NCBI GenBank assembly: GCA_963737265.1
Contig: CAVTRY010000016.1
Coordinates: forward strand, 192,001 to 256,000
Reading direction: 5' to 3'
DNA length: 64,000 bases
Source: an uncultured delta proteobacterium
GTDB lineage: Bacteria > Myxococcota_A > Polyangia > Fen-1088
Shown here: positions 50,576 to 60,756 of the stretch, in pieces
Position numbering within the stretch: the stretch's first letter is position 1
Layout of the letters: the number at the start of each line of letters is the position of its first letter
Translations under genes and position numbers: made by a program
Notes under the pieces: generated by a model
Seen by the model: the letters and a program-made list of their open reading frames with translations, nothing else
What the model was told of the DNA's origin: nothing
Databases searched by the model: none

Positions 50576-51113
50576 TTATTGCCTCTTCTTTTCGGTCGCG
50601 CTCGGCGATCGCTTGAAGCCTAGCAGTCCCGGCGCGTCCTCAACGCGATAGAGCCTGACGCTAACCTTGTCGTTGCGATCCGCATAGAGACGCGTGTGAT
50701 GCGGTAAATAGCCATCCGCCCTGATCTCAAGATCGATCGGACCGCCGCCCCGCGGCCGCGTCAGCTCGGCATCCATATTGCCGGGCGAAAATTTGGCGAC
50801 TTGCTTCTGCCCCCACATCGCGACCGCTTTCACCGGCGGCGACACGCTCAGACGCAGGGTCACGTTTTCCGAGAACGGATTGGCCTCGCGCTCTTCGGTC
50901 TTCAGCTCTTCGGTTTTAGGCTCTTCGTGGTCGTCCTTGGCGACGTCTTTGACCGGCTCGAACGACCACCGGAGTCGGCTCGGCTGGCAACGCGCTTGGC
51001 TTGCTCGATTGCGATGTTGGCACCTCGCGGTTTTGCGGCGCGACCTTGTCGCCCGCGCTCGAACAGCTGCACAGGAGGACCAGCGCGATCGAAGATCGGC
51101 GACGCGCGCTCAC
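50576..51113 (-). CDS. Putative lipoprotein (beta-sandwich C-terminus) with an apparent 1-nt insertion at ~50961
   Basis: GTGA overlap with the upstream stop; lipobox LCSC; after the frameshift EPVKD..NPFSENVTLRL joins ORF 50576-50863. Confidence 0.6.
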
Positions 51114-53200
51114 TGGCCGCCTCCAGCTTTGCTGTCCGGGCCGCTGGACGCCGCCGGCGGTTTGCCGTCGCCGTATTTCACGCCCGGCTTGGGCACATAG
51201 CCCGCGATGGGCTGTTGCAGCTTGCCTTTGATTTTGCCCTTCAAGGTTTCGACCGGCACGGGCGGATCCAACTGGAAATAGAACCCGCGCGTTGGCAGGC
51301 GCATGTCGTAAACCTCGCCATCCCAGTAGAAGGTGCGACGGAAGCCGAGCGCCATCGGCCCCAGCACCTTGGCGCGATGGTGCCCAAGCACGAAGGAAAA
51401 CATGCGCACGGCCAGGTTGTTGTAGAGCCGGTGACAGCCGTGGGAAAAACGACCACGCAAAGACAGGTAGTCGAACGAGCCGTGGGTGCGAATCCCGTTG
51501 TCGAAGTAGGCGAGTTGGCTTCCGTGCCGGCGCAGCTGTTCGTGAATGCCGGCCACCAAGCCATAGGCCGAAAGGTAGCCGGGGCCGGTCTCGTCGTAGT
51601 TCACCACATGCGGATAGCCACCCGCGACCCATTTCGTCTTCACCATCGAGCCCATCGGCGACGACGTGGGCGGAAGCCACACCGGCGCGACCACGATGTG
51701 GCGCCATACCCGCGCGCCCACGTCGGAATCCTTGTAGCGGTAGTATTCCTCACCGTCCGAGGCAAGCTCCGAGCGCCAGCCGCCGATGGTGGTGCGCCAA
51801 TTGACCAGTGGCACTTTTTCCCCGCGCCACTTCACGAACAGCGTGAACGACGGGTAGCGCTCGCGCGGCTGCGATACGCGGTTGCCCTTGCTGTCGAAGG
51901 GAAAGTCGTACCAAATGTCGCCGCGATCGATCTCGGCCAGCAAATCCATGTGCGGGCCGTAATACTCGGGCAAGGCAGGAAAGCGCACGGCCGCACGCAG
52001 CGAACGAAAGTCTTTGTCGGGATGGCGGCGAAAAAAGGCCAGCGCGTCCTCGGCGGTCGACAAGCCTAGGCGCGCCAGGAGCGCGAGGGTTGCCTGGCCC
52101 ACCAAATCCGGCACTGGCACGTCGTCGCCGGCGGCATTCTTGTAGGTCGGCGGCCTGCGCTGCTCGCCTCGCTTGGGCAGAGGCATGGCATCGATGGCGC
52201 TGCCGTCCTCGATGATCCTGCCGGCGTGGGCCGCGCGTTCGGCCAGCACCCGTCGCAGGGCGAGAAAATCGTTTTGCAGCAGCGGCCGCGCCATGGCCTC
52301 GAGCGTTCCACGCGTGAGATCGGCCTGGGCGAAGACGGCATTCTTCTGCTGAAAATCCAGGGCGGCGGCGCGCATGGGACCATCGTAGGCGCCGGCGTGG
52401 TGTTTGCCTGCATCGAGTAGCCCTTCGCACATCAGGCGTTTTTCCACCTCGGCGAAGGCCGCGCGCTCGGCCTCGACGCGCAGGTGATCCTTCACGTCCT
52501 TGGCGTAGCGCTGATCCTTGCCGGCTAGCTCTTCCAACGTTGCGATGCCGGCCTTCTTCTGCGCGGCTTCCAGCCGCAGAGCGCGAAAGTGATGCTTGGC
52601 GGCTTCCTTCTTCTCGGTGCTCTTGCCCCAGGTCTCGATGCTGTCCACGGCCAGCAGCTTCGCCGCGTCCACCGCGCTTTCGCAGGTGCGTCCGGCGTCT
52701 TCGAGAAATCTTCTTCGCACCACCGACAGCGAGGGCGGAACGCCGTAAAGCTCCAAGTAATTGCGCTCGCCGGGCGGCAGCGGCTCGCCGTCTCCGTCGC
52801 TGCGGTCATTCGCCAGACCGACAAATACGGCGCGGTAGCGATTGGGCAACGGCGCACCGTCGGCGGCCTTGCCGTCTTGAAAGATGAACGGCGCGAAATC
52901 GTCGGAAAGGTCCACAATTGTCAGACCTCGGCTGCGCGCCACCGCAGCATCGACCAGGCGTTCTTTTCCGAAGGCGACTTGAATCGCGCGACGCTCGGGC
53001 GGAAGCCCCGATGAAGCTTCGGGCAAGGCATCGTCGTCGGGTTGGGAACTGACGGGAACCGCCGGGGAGGTTGCCGGACGCAAGGGCGGTTCGGCATGGT
53101 GCACGGCTTGCGGCGCGGGCGCGTCCTTGCCCCGGCACGAAATCGCGCCGCTCGCGGCGAGTAGAATTGGCAGTAGTGACTTGGTCGATTTGCGCTTCAC
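51110..53200 (-). CDS. L,D-transpeptidase (YkuD) family lipoprotein
   Basis: Lipobox AISC; APVWLPP; GIRTHGS..SHGCHRL catalytic motif; PG-binding-like AALDFQQKN. Confidence 0.8.
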   Translation of the reverse strand: MKRKSTKSLLPILLAASGAISCRGKDAPAPQAVHHAEPPLRPATSPAVPVSSQPDDDALPEASSGLPPERRAIQVAFGKERLVDAAVARSRGLTIVDLSDDFAPFIFQDGKAADGAPLPNRYRAVFVGLANDRSDGDGEPLPPGERNYLELYGVPPSLSVVRRRFLEDAGRTCESAVDAAKLLAVDSIETWGKSTEKKEAAKHHFRALRLEAAQKKAGIATLEELAGKDQRYAKDVKDHLRVEAERAAFAEVEKRLMCEGLLDAGKHHAGAYDGPMRAAALDFQQKNAVFAQADLTRGTLEAMARPLLQNDFLALRRVLAERAAHAGRIIEDGSAIDAMPLPKRGEQRRPPTYKNAAGDDVPVPDLVGQATLALLARLGLSTAEDALAFFRRHPDKDFRSLRAAVRFPALPEYYGPHMDLLAEIDRGDIWYDFPFDSKGNRVSQPRERYPSFTLFVKWRGEKVPLVNWRTTIGGWRSELASDGEEYYRYKDSDVGARVWRHIVVAPVWLPPTSSPMGSMVKTKWVAGGYPHVVNYDETGPGYLSAYGLVAGIHEQLRRHGSQLAYFDNGIRTHGSFDYLSLRGRFSHGCHRLYNNLAVRMFSFVLGHHRAKVLGPMALGFRRTFYWDGEVYDMRLPTRGFYFQLDPPVPVETLKGKIKGKLQQPIAGYVPKPGVKYGDGKPPAASSGPDSKAGGGQ

Positions 53201-53647
53201 GATGTGGCGCCCGTGGATCTACTGCGGTCGCGACCTCATGGCGAGATTTGTCTGGACCGCGGAGCACAAAGGCAAAATCCCATGAACTACTGTCCATGGC
53301 GGGCGAGGGGTTTCACCCATCCCCGAGCCGGGACACCAAGAAACGCCTGGATTCGGCGGCAGTGCTGCGCGGGCTGCGAAATTGCTCCATCGGCTCAGCC
53401 CAGGTTTGGTGCCATCTGGGACAAACTCGTCGGCGAATGGTACGGGGGACCGGCCCAGCCTTGGCCAGAGTACCTTCAAGCCGTGTTCGCAGACGTGAGA
53501 CGCGAGCCAACCAAGGATGCTCTTCTCGCGATCCAGCGTGAGTGTAAACAGCGCCTGACGGTGCTACGAATCTGGGAGGTTAGTCCGTGGTCTGCGCCGG
53601 TAGCGCCGACTGCGTGCCCCGTGTAAATTGGGCTGCGGGAGTAACCC

Positions 53648-54979
53648 ATGATGAATCTGTCGCCACCGCGCGGTTTTCTCGCCGGTCTCTGCTTGCTTGA
53701 AATGTTCACGACCTCGGGCTGCGGCAGCGATACCGGCGCGCCACCGGTCTACGCGCCAAACCTCAAGCTCTTGGTGCTCTCCGACCCGCACTACTTCGAT
53801 CCCTCGCTCGGCACCTCGGGTGCGGCGTTCGAGGCCTACCTGGCAACCGACCGCAAACTCATCGCAGAGAGTGACGCCATCATGCAGGCCATGGTCGCCC
53901 AGGTGCAGGCAGAAAATCCGCAAGTCGTCCTCATCTCCGGCGATCTCACCAAAGACGGCGAGCTGCTTTCGCACCAATCTGTGGCGCGCTACCTGCACCA
54001 GATGCAGTCCGGCGGGACCAGTGTCTTCGTCGTGCCCGGCAATCACGACATCGAGAACACAGGCGCAATGAGCTATTCAGGCGATAGTCAAACCCCCGTT
54101 CCGACCATCTCGGCTTCCGACTTCGCCACCATCTACAACGATTTCGGCTACGGCAACGCCATCTCTCGCGACAGCCAATCGCTGAGCTACGTGGCCGAGT
54201 TGGTGCCCGGGCTCTGGCTTCTGGCACTCGATTCGTGCATCTACACCGATGCGCTGGGCGGCTCGCAGGTATCGGGGCGCTTTCAGGACAGCACCATGGT
54301 TTGGATCAAAGCCCAGCTCAACGAGGCACGGAAGGTCGGCATCCGAGTCATCGGCATGATGCACCACGGAGTCCTTGAGCACTTCACCGACCAAGCGCTG
54401 ATTTTTCCCGAATACCTGGTGAACGACCGCGCAACCGTGGGCAGCATGTTTTCGAATGGCGGCATGGGAGCGGTTTTCACCGGACACTTCCACGCCAATG
54501 ACATCACCCAGGGAGCGCCGAGCGGTGCCACCAAGTCCATCTACGACATCGAGACCGGCTCGACTGTCACCTATCCCTGTCCCTACCGCATCGTCAACCT
54601 CGCCAGCGACGTCCTCACCATCACCACGAAGCACGTCACCAGTATCGACTACGACCTCAACGGCGCACCGGATTTTCAGACCTACGCGCACGACAGCCTG
54701 CGCGTTGGACTGGAAGGGCTCATTACCGGCCTCATCGAGCAGCCGCCCTATTCGCTTTCTGCCAGCGATGCCGCGGCGTTGGCACCCTGGCTCGGCGACG
54801 GCCTGGTGGTTCACTACGCTGGCGACGAGGTCATGCCCGCCGATGTCCTGGCCGAGAGCCAGACGCTGCTCGCCGCGACCGACTTCGTTCATCAACTTTC
54901 GGGGGCGATGCTACAAAGCATCTACACCGACTTGCCGCCGCCCGATAACAACGTGACCTTAGATCTGTCTGCGCGGTGA
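53648..54979 (+). CDS. Calcineurin-like metallophosphoesterase lipoprotein
   Basis: SDPH, GDLT, GNHD, MHH, GHFH; lipobox TSGC. Confidence 0.9.
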   Translation: MMNLSPPRGFLAGLCLLEMFTTSGCGSDTGAPPVYAPNLKLLVLSDPHYFDPSLGTSGAAFEAYLATDRKLIAESDAIMQAMVAQVQAENPQVVLISGDLTKDGELLSHQSVARYLHQMQSGGTSVFVVPGNHDIENTGAMSYSGDSQTPVPTISASDFATIYNDFGYGNAISRDSQSLSYVAELVPGLWLLALDSCIYTDALGGSQVSGRFQDSTMVWIKAQLNEARKVGIRVIGMMHHGVLEHFTDQALIFPEYLVNDRATVGSMFSNGGMGAVFTGHFHANDITQGAPSGATKSIYDIETGSTVTYPCPYRIVNLASDVLTITTKHVTSIDYDLNGAPDFQTYAHDSLRVGLEGLITGLIEQPPYSLSASDAAALAPWLGDGLVVHYAGDEVMPADVLAESQTLLAATDFVHQLSGAMLQSIYTDLPPPDNNVTLDLSAR

Positions 54980-55259
54980 ACAGACAGAGGCCCATTGTTT
55001 GGGTGAGGTGAACCATGATAGTCTGAGGCTTTGGCGATGCTCCGCGACGAGTGTGTCGACAGTCCGTGCCAGTGCCCGCCCTACTGGCAGGCTCGCCATC
55101 TGCGCCACAGGCCCCAGGCGCAGACCGAACTGTTCGACGTTTAAGCCGTCCCCGGCCGGCCCCAGCCTCATGCCAGCCGGCCCAGCCTCATGCCGCACGC
55201 TCAGGCGGGTAGGCCAGGCGCCCGTCTGCCCAGGCGTCCCAATTGTGGGTAGGTTACCG

Positions 55260-55595
55260 ATAGAGAAGCTGATTCCGTTGATTCCCCGCCCTCGCTGCCA
55301 TCTTGTCCGATACCACGGCATCCTCGGTCCAGCGGCCAAGGATCGCCCCAAGGTGGTGCCGACCCCGCCTGCGCCGCCCGCTCCAGGTGCGGCGAGCGCC
55401 GAAGCGGCAGGCGCCGACAAGGTGGGCGAAGGCGAGTCGCGCGAGATCGATCTCAACAAGCTACCAAGAGTCAGCCGACTACCTTGGGCCCTTCTTCTCA
55501 AACGCGTGTTCCTGACAGACGCGCTGAAATGCTCGAAGTGCCAAGGCCGCATGAAGATCCTGGCTGCGATCACACAGCCAGAAGCGATACGCGGC
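55260..55595 (+). pseudogene. C-terminal fragment of an IS91-like (Y2) transposase
   Basis: LIPRPRCHLVRYHGILGP; WALLLKRVF.D.L.C..C.GRMKILAAI. Confidence 0.75.
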
Positions 55596-55609
55596 ACTGG
55601 TTTCACCTG

Positions 55610-56338
55610 TCAGTCGCCCTGTGTGAGATCGATTTCCTTGCCGGCGTCGAAGGAGGCGTAGCCGATGGGAACGGATGGCAGCGCCGCATCGTCGCCGGAC
55701 GGGGGAATGCTCTCGACCCGATCGACGGCGAAGCGTTCGATCCACTCGCCCTTGGGGCCTTGCGTGCGGATAGCGAGAGGCGCACCCCATTGGGCGGACC
55801 AGCAGATGCGCGCGTGATCGGTCATATTCTTGTCGCCGCTGACGAGAAGCCGCCACGAACAGTCCATTCGATTTTGCCGATCCTGTCGTGCACCTCGCTC
55901 GTTTTTCAGGGGCGCAATCGCTCGCACCACGAACTCGGACTTGGGTCGGTCGAGAACGTGGGCCAAGCCGAACCAATCCGAAAACACGCCAATGCGGTAA
56001 AGCTGGTTGCGCTTGACGTCCAGCGAGAGTCGCCTGCGATGATCGATCAAACGATAGGCGTAATCGCCGCGCGTTCCCGCCTGGCTCAGGTAGAGATCCA
56101 GGACTCCGTCGGTGCGCCGGTGCAGAAACTCGGTACCGTGTCGCCAGAGTTGCAGCCGATGGGACGCACCGTCGCTGCCCAAATAGTGAGCTTCGAGGTA
56201 CACATGCTTGGCGGCGGATTCGACCGGAAACGCAGCTTCCCAGTCGAGCGCGGCCTGGCTGGCGAATGCGGAAGCGCAACAAACACCGGCGACGGCACAG
56301 GCGACCAGCGAGCACCAGCGCCGTTTCGGTCGTGTCAT
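55610..56338 (-). CDS. Secreted hypothetical protein co-transcribed with the NPP-family gene
   Basis: Signal peptide; ATGA overlap with the upstream stop. Confidence 0.7.
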   Translation of the reverse strand: MTRPKRRWCSLVACAVAGVCCASAFASQAALDWEAAFPVESAAKHVYLEAHYLGSDGASHRLQLWRHGTEFLHRRTDGVLDLYLSQAGTRGDYAYRLIDHRRRLSLDVKRNQLYRIGVFSDWFGLAHVLDRPKSEFVVRAIAPLKNERGARQDRQNRMDCSWRLLVSGDKNMTDHARICWSAQWGAPLAIRTQGPKGEWIERFAVDRVESIPPSGDDAALPSVPIGYASFDAGKEIDLTQGD

Positions 56339-58692
56339 TGCCTGGTTGCCTTCGCCTTGTCGAAGTAGGTTTCGCTGGTGTTGTTGTCCATGAGCAGTAC
56401 CTTCGTCGTGAGGGTCATGGAGTACTGGGTTTCGCTCGCCGGGGAAGCACAGGCGACGTCGTCAGGATTGCAGACCATGGGCAAGGTGACTGGACCCGCT
56501 TGGCCCGTCGACGGCGTTACCGTGTAATTGACGGTTGTGCCGCGTAGAAGAGCTTCCTTGAGAACTCGGCCATCGGCCTGCGACATGCTGAGACCCAGCA
56601 GATAGGCCGCGGTCGGCGCGACATCCACGTTACCGCTCGGGTACGTGTCCGAGAACCCGGACTTGAAGTCGGGGCCGCCGGCGATCAGCGTGTTGTGCAC
56701 GTCGATCGGGCTGAAGGACCCGTGCATGCCGCGGTAGTTCTGCGCGCTCTCATATTCGGTCCCTGGAACGGCCGCGTTCGACGCGGTCGCGGCAGTGTCG
56801 TTCCAATCGAAGCTGACGACGATGTCCGGCGTGGGCGGAGAATTGCGGGTCGCGCCTTCCACCTTGATGTCCTTGAGCGACATCGTCCCCGGTACCGCGC
56901 CGTAGTTGCTGCGCACGAAGATGGCGCCGTACTGTTTGCGCTCTTGCAGCGCCGTCACGATCGAGGCCACGAGGGTCCCTTGGTGGCTCGGAACGTACAG
57001 ATAGTCGGAGCCGCCGTTGGCCGCGATAATCACGGCATCCGAAGGCACCGTCGCCGGCACCAAGAACGCTCCGGTCGTGTACTTGAAATTGGCGCCCTTG
57101 CCGCACGCGGTTCCGGTCGCATCGTCCATTTGCACGGGATAGAGCGGATCGCCGGTGGTCTTGATGCCTGATATGACCGGATCCGACGTGCAGCCGACAC
57201 CGTCGTAGACATGGGCGAAACCGGCTCGTGTGAGAAGGTCCGCCGTGCGCACGTCGCCAGAGACCGAATAGCCCTGAGGATCGGCGGCGCCCACCACGCC
57301 CGCGCCGCCGTCCGGCCCGCTGGCAATGGCCCGCAGGGGGAAGAAAGCAGGATCACCCGCGACGATGCTGTGGCCGTGGTCGGAGACCACGATGACGTCG
57401 GTCGTGGCGTCCAGCCCCAGCAGCGTGATTTCAGCCTGCAGCTGCCCCAAAAGCTTGTCCTGGTCGCGCAAAGCATCCACGCAATCAGGCGACCCAGGAC
57501 CGAAGGTGTGTTCGGTACTGTCGGGATTGCGGAACCAAATCAGACTGAGGTCGGGCTGCAATCGAGGCAAAATGTAGCCGGTGTAAATCCCCATCATGTA
57601 TTCATTCTTGGCGTTGTGGGGCGAGCCTAGGGCCGAGCGCGGGTCGGAGGTCACGCCATCCGCCAGATAGACGATGTCGGCGTTGGTGGTTCCGGTCGGA
57701 TTGCCGTTGCCGGCATCCAGCGTGATGACGCCGCCGTCGTAAGGGACGTGGGTGGTGTTGGCCGGAAGCGCGAAACCGGCGCCGAGCAAGGCCGTGGCGA
57801 ACGATCGCGGGAAGGCCATGTTCTCGTCGAGAATCACACCGCCGCTTCCGTCTTCGCGATAGTCTTGCAAGTAGGCGGGGCCTGACTTGCCCACCGCCGC
57901 GGTCTTGAGGCCCGCGCGGTGTGCAGCCTGAAAGAGCGTATCGACCAGGAAGAGCGCGCTGTTGTTCTGACCCACGTAGTAGTTGTCCAAATCATGGAGG
58001 ATGGACCAGTCTTCGGTGAACACAGGCTGGCCGAAATTCACGGCGGTGCCGGTCGCGTCGTTGCCGGTCGGGCCGGGCTGGAATTCGGTATTGCCGTAGA
58101 ATCCATGTGTCCCTGGGTACGAACCGGTCGCAAAGGCCGCACCATTCATCATGGTGAAAGTGGGAAAGACCGAATGGTTGTCCGTGAAATTCACCCCGGT
58201 TTGGTCGCGCAGCTTGGCCAGGTTGGGCGTGTTCTGCGTCGTGACCGAGTCTGGACGAAGTCCGTCCCACACAAAAATGATGACCTTCTTCGTCTGCGCA
58301 ATCGAGCCATCCGTGGCGCCGTCGACGGACGGTGACGAACCATCGACTCCGCGTCCGTCGACGACAACACTGCCATCGGCGACAAGCGGCGCATCGGGTA
58401 CCTTGGCGTCCGCCGCCGGCACGTCGGATCCGGCCGCGTCCGTGGCGACGGCACCGCCCGCACTCACGGCCCCTCCTGCACCGAGCGCCCCGCCCGAGCC
58501 GACGGAGCCATCCGGACCGCCGAGACTGCCGCCTGCCCCATGGACAGCCCCATCCTGGCTGCCGCCGGTGGCACCCGATGTTCCACCCGTTCCCGGACTT
58601 CCTCCGGTGTCGGAGCCGCAAGCTGCGACGGAGAGAGTAAGGGCCACTGCAAGGAGCTTCAAGGCCGACGAACGAAGAAGAGTGATTTTCAC
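56335..58692 (-). CDS. Alkaline phosphatase superfamily (nucleotide pyrophosphatase/phosphodiesterase) lipoprotein
   Basis: GGAGG RBS; lipobox VAAC; WDGLRPD, PTFTMMN, PDSTEH, SDHGH, GMHGS. Confidence 0.9.
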   Translation of the reverse strand: MKITLLRSSALKLLAVALTLSVAACGSDTGGSPGTGGTSGATGGSQDGAVHGAGGSLGGPDGSVGSGGALGAGGAVSAGGAVATDAAGSDVPAADAKVPDAPLVADGSVVVDGRGVDGSSPSVDGATDGSIAQTKKVIIFVWDGLRPDSVTTQNTPNLAKLRDQTGVNFTDNHSVFPTFTMMNGAAFATGSYPGTHGFYGNTEFQPGPTGNDATGTAVNFGQPVFTEDWSILHDLDNYYVGQNNSALFLVDTLFQAAHRAGLKTAAVGKSGPAYLQDYREDGSGGVILDENMAFPRSFATALLGAGFALPANTTHVPYDGGVITLDAGNGNPTGTTNADIVYLADGVTSDPRSALGSPHNAKNEYMMGIYTGYILPRLQPDLSLIWFRNPDSTEHTFGPGSPDCVDALRDQDKLLGQLQAEITLLGLDATTDVIVVSDHGHSIVAGDPAFFPLRAIASGPDGGAGVVGAADPQGYSVSGDVRTADLLTRAGFAHVYDGVGCTSDPVISGIKTTGDPLYPVQMDDATGTACGKGANFKYTTGAFLVPATVPSDAVIIAANGGSDYLYVPSHQGTLVASIVTALQERKQYGAIFVRSNYGAVPGTMSLKDIKVEGATRNSPPTPDIVVSFDWNDTAATASNAAVPGTEYESAQNYRGMHGSFSPIDVHNTLIAGGPDFKSGFSDTYPSGNVDVAPTAAYLLGLSMSQADGRVLKEALLRGTTVNYTVTPSTGQAGPVTLPMVCNPDDVACASPASETQYSMTLTTKVLLMDNNTSETYFDKAKATRQ

Positions 58693-58737
58693 GCTGTACC
58701 TCCGAGTTCCTCCTTAGCAACTGCCACGACATCTGCT

Positions 58738-58777
58738 GTGACCGTCGCGTGACAATTTGGCTTACTTCTGGTTACGG
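58738..58777 (-). promoter_or_regulatory. Pho box array upstream of the NPP gene
   Basis: Minus strand CCGTAAC-N4-AGTAAGC-N4-TTGTCAC-N4-CGGTCAC, 11-nt period. Confidence 0.65.
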
Positions 58778-58996
58778 AAATATCCTTGGATTGGCTTCGA
58801 CATTTTCTGAATCCTTTCGGCTCGGCCGAAATCGAAACCACGCAGCACCAAAGTCTGAGCGTGAATTGACACAAGGTTCATGGACGAATCGTCAATGATC
58901 AGGATAACTCGCATGACCACAGGTCTTCGGCACGTGAACGACGCATCGCACTACTACGATGCCAAACGACGAGCCCTGGGTCATCTCTCAAGATCT

Positions 58997-59014
58997 TTGT
59001 CACGAGAATGTCAC
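58997..59014 (+). promoter_or_regulatory. Pho box
   Basis: TTGTCAC-GAGA-ATGTCAC. Confidence 0.7.
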
Positions 59015-59136
59015 CGGGCTCAAGGCGATTAGGGCGAGATTGCTGCTGTCTGGTCGCTCGGCAGCCCGTTGACCTCGCTTTACGGCGACCTGTCGCATTG
59101 GCAATGCCATCGTCCGAGAACGATTGCTGCCGCGAT

Positions 59137-59154
59137 TGTTCACACAATCGTCAC
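59137..59154 (+). promoter_or_regulatory. Pho box proximal to the porin-pst operon
   Basis: TGTTCAC-ACAA-TCGTCAC. Confidence 0.6.
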
Positions 59155-59188
59155 AGTATTCTTCTCTCGCCTGAGTATGTTGCCACGC

Positions 59189-60733
59189 ATGACAAACACG
59201 ATACGCGCAGTCCTGTATCCGTCGCTTTTTGCATCATGTCTGCTGAACTCGACCTTCGCGCATGCTCAAACAGACAGCGCGACGCTTGGAGGACAGCACC
59301 AAGGAGAACCAACTGTCGGTGCCAGCCCGAGTTATCCACCCATGGAGTCGGCCGCGCCAATTCCGCCTGCCGCTCCCGCGCTTCCACCTGCGCCCACGCT
59401 CGTTGCGGCGAGCCCGGCTCAGCCCGCGCCTCCGAGCCCTCCGTCGGTCACGTCAAAATTCAGCGCGACTTTCTACGGATTCGTCGAATTCGATGCCATC
59501 CACGACTCGACCCAAAGTTTCAACGATCTGGCAGGAAATGCGACGATTGCGCCAAGCGGTTCTTTCGCCGCGAGCCACGACCGCATGATCTTCGGCGCGC
59601 GCAACTCGCGCCTGGGCTTCAAGCTCAAGGGGCCCGAAACCGAGACGATCAAGTCTTCGGGTATCGCCGAGATGGACTTCCTGGGCAATCAGCCGCAAGG
59701 ATCGCCCAGCCCGGCGGGTTCTCCAGCGGTGTCCGAGTCGGCCTATTTCGCCAGTCCGACCTTCCGTATCCGTCACATGGCGCTCAAGCTCGAAACGCCC
59801 TTCGTGGACATCCTGGCTGGACAGTACTGGCAGCTCTTCGGGTGGCAGTCCAATTTTCATCCAAGCAGCGTCGATATTCAGGGATTGCCGGGACAGGTCT
59901 ACTCCCGTGCGCCCCAGTTGCGACTGTCCCACACGGTGAAGACCGACATGGTGAATGTCGAAATTGCAGTCGCTGCCTCGCGTCCGCCTCAACGTGACTC
60001 GGGCCTGCCCGACGGACAGGCAGGCTTGCGCCTCATCATCAACGATTGGAAGGGCATGCGCACCGCTGGCGGAACGGGCACATCGGTCGATCCGGCTTCC
60101 ATCGGTGTGTCCGGCGTCGCTCGCAGGTTTCGCCTGCCGGAGTACGCCAATGCGCCCGTCCAGACCCAGACCATCAACGGCTACGGCATCTCTGTCGACG
60201 GCCTTATTCCGGTCGTTCCCGCTACCGCCAGCAATTGGGACAATGCTTTAACGCTGACAGGTTCCTTCGCGCGTGGTCAGGCCATCGCAGATTTGTTCAC
60301 GGGGCTGACGGGCGGAGTAGGCCTCAACCCACTTCCAGCGGACTCAACTGGGAAGGCATCAAGCTTCGCCATGGACATCGACAATGGTCTCGTGATCTTC
60401 GATGCCAACGGTCAGATGCACGCCATTCGCTGGCAAGCGGTACTGGTCGGATTGCAGTACTACTTCCCCACCAGCCCGTTTCGCATGTGGGTTGCCGCGA
60501 ACTATTCACATATGAGCTCAAGCGATATCCAGAACATCGTCGTCGGCACGAGCGGGTCCAATGTCAACGGCAAGATCTTCAACAAGTCCGATTTCGCCGA
60601 CGGCAATCTCTTCGTCGACGCCACCCAATCCATTCGCTTCGGTCTGGAGTACGCGTGGTTCCGGCAGACTTACCTCAACGGTGTCAAGGGGACCAACCAC
60701 CGCGTCCAGCTCTCAGGCTTCTATTTGTTCTAG
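59189..60733 (+). CDS. Outer-membrane porin-like protein (DcaP-like)
   Basis: Signal peptide; Pro-rich linker; FYGFVEFD, ARNSRLG, EMDF, RIRH, AGQYW, RAPQLR; C-terminal YLF. Confidence 0.75.
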   Translation: MTNTIRAVLYPSLFASCLLNSTFAHAQTDSATLGGQHQGEPTVGASPSYPPMESAAPIPPAAPALPPAPTLVAASPAQPAPPSPPSVTSKFSATFYGFVEFDAIHDSTQSFNDLAGNATIAPSGSFAASHDRMIFGARNSRLGFKLKGPETETIKSSGIAEMDFLGNQPQGSPSPAGSPAVSESAYFASPTFRIRHMALKLETPFVDILAGQYWQLFGWQSNFHPSSVDIQGLPGQVYSRAPQLRLSHTVKTDMVNVEIAVAASRPPQRDSGLPDGQAGLRLIINDWKGMRTAGGTGTSVDPASIGVSGVARRFRLPEYANAPVQTQTINGYGISVDGLIPVVPATASNWDNALTLTGSFARGQAIADLFTGLTGGVGLNPLPADSTGKASSFAMDIDNGLVIFDANGQMHAIRWQAVLVGLQYYFPTSPFRMWVAANYSHMSSSDIQNIVVGTSGSNVNGKIFNKSDFADGNLFVDATQSIRFGLEYAWFRQTYLNGVKGTNHRVQLSGFYLF

Positions 60734-60756
60734 TCGAACCTCGAAAGGAGACAGTG

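Noticed and set aside
53204-53626. 140-aa ORF between the L,D-transpeptidase and the metallophosphoesterase
   Set aside because: No RBS or recognisable motif; possibly a fragment, but I cannot support a call.
55151-55194. Short tandem duplication CC(G/A)GCCGGCCC(C)AGCCTCATG x2
   Set aside because: Two imperfect copies in a debris region with no sign of function.
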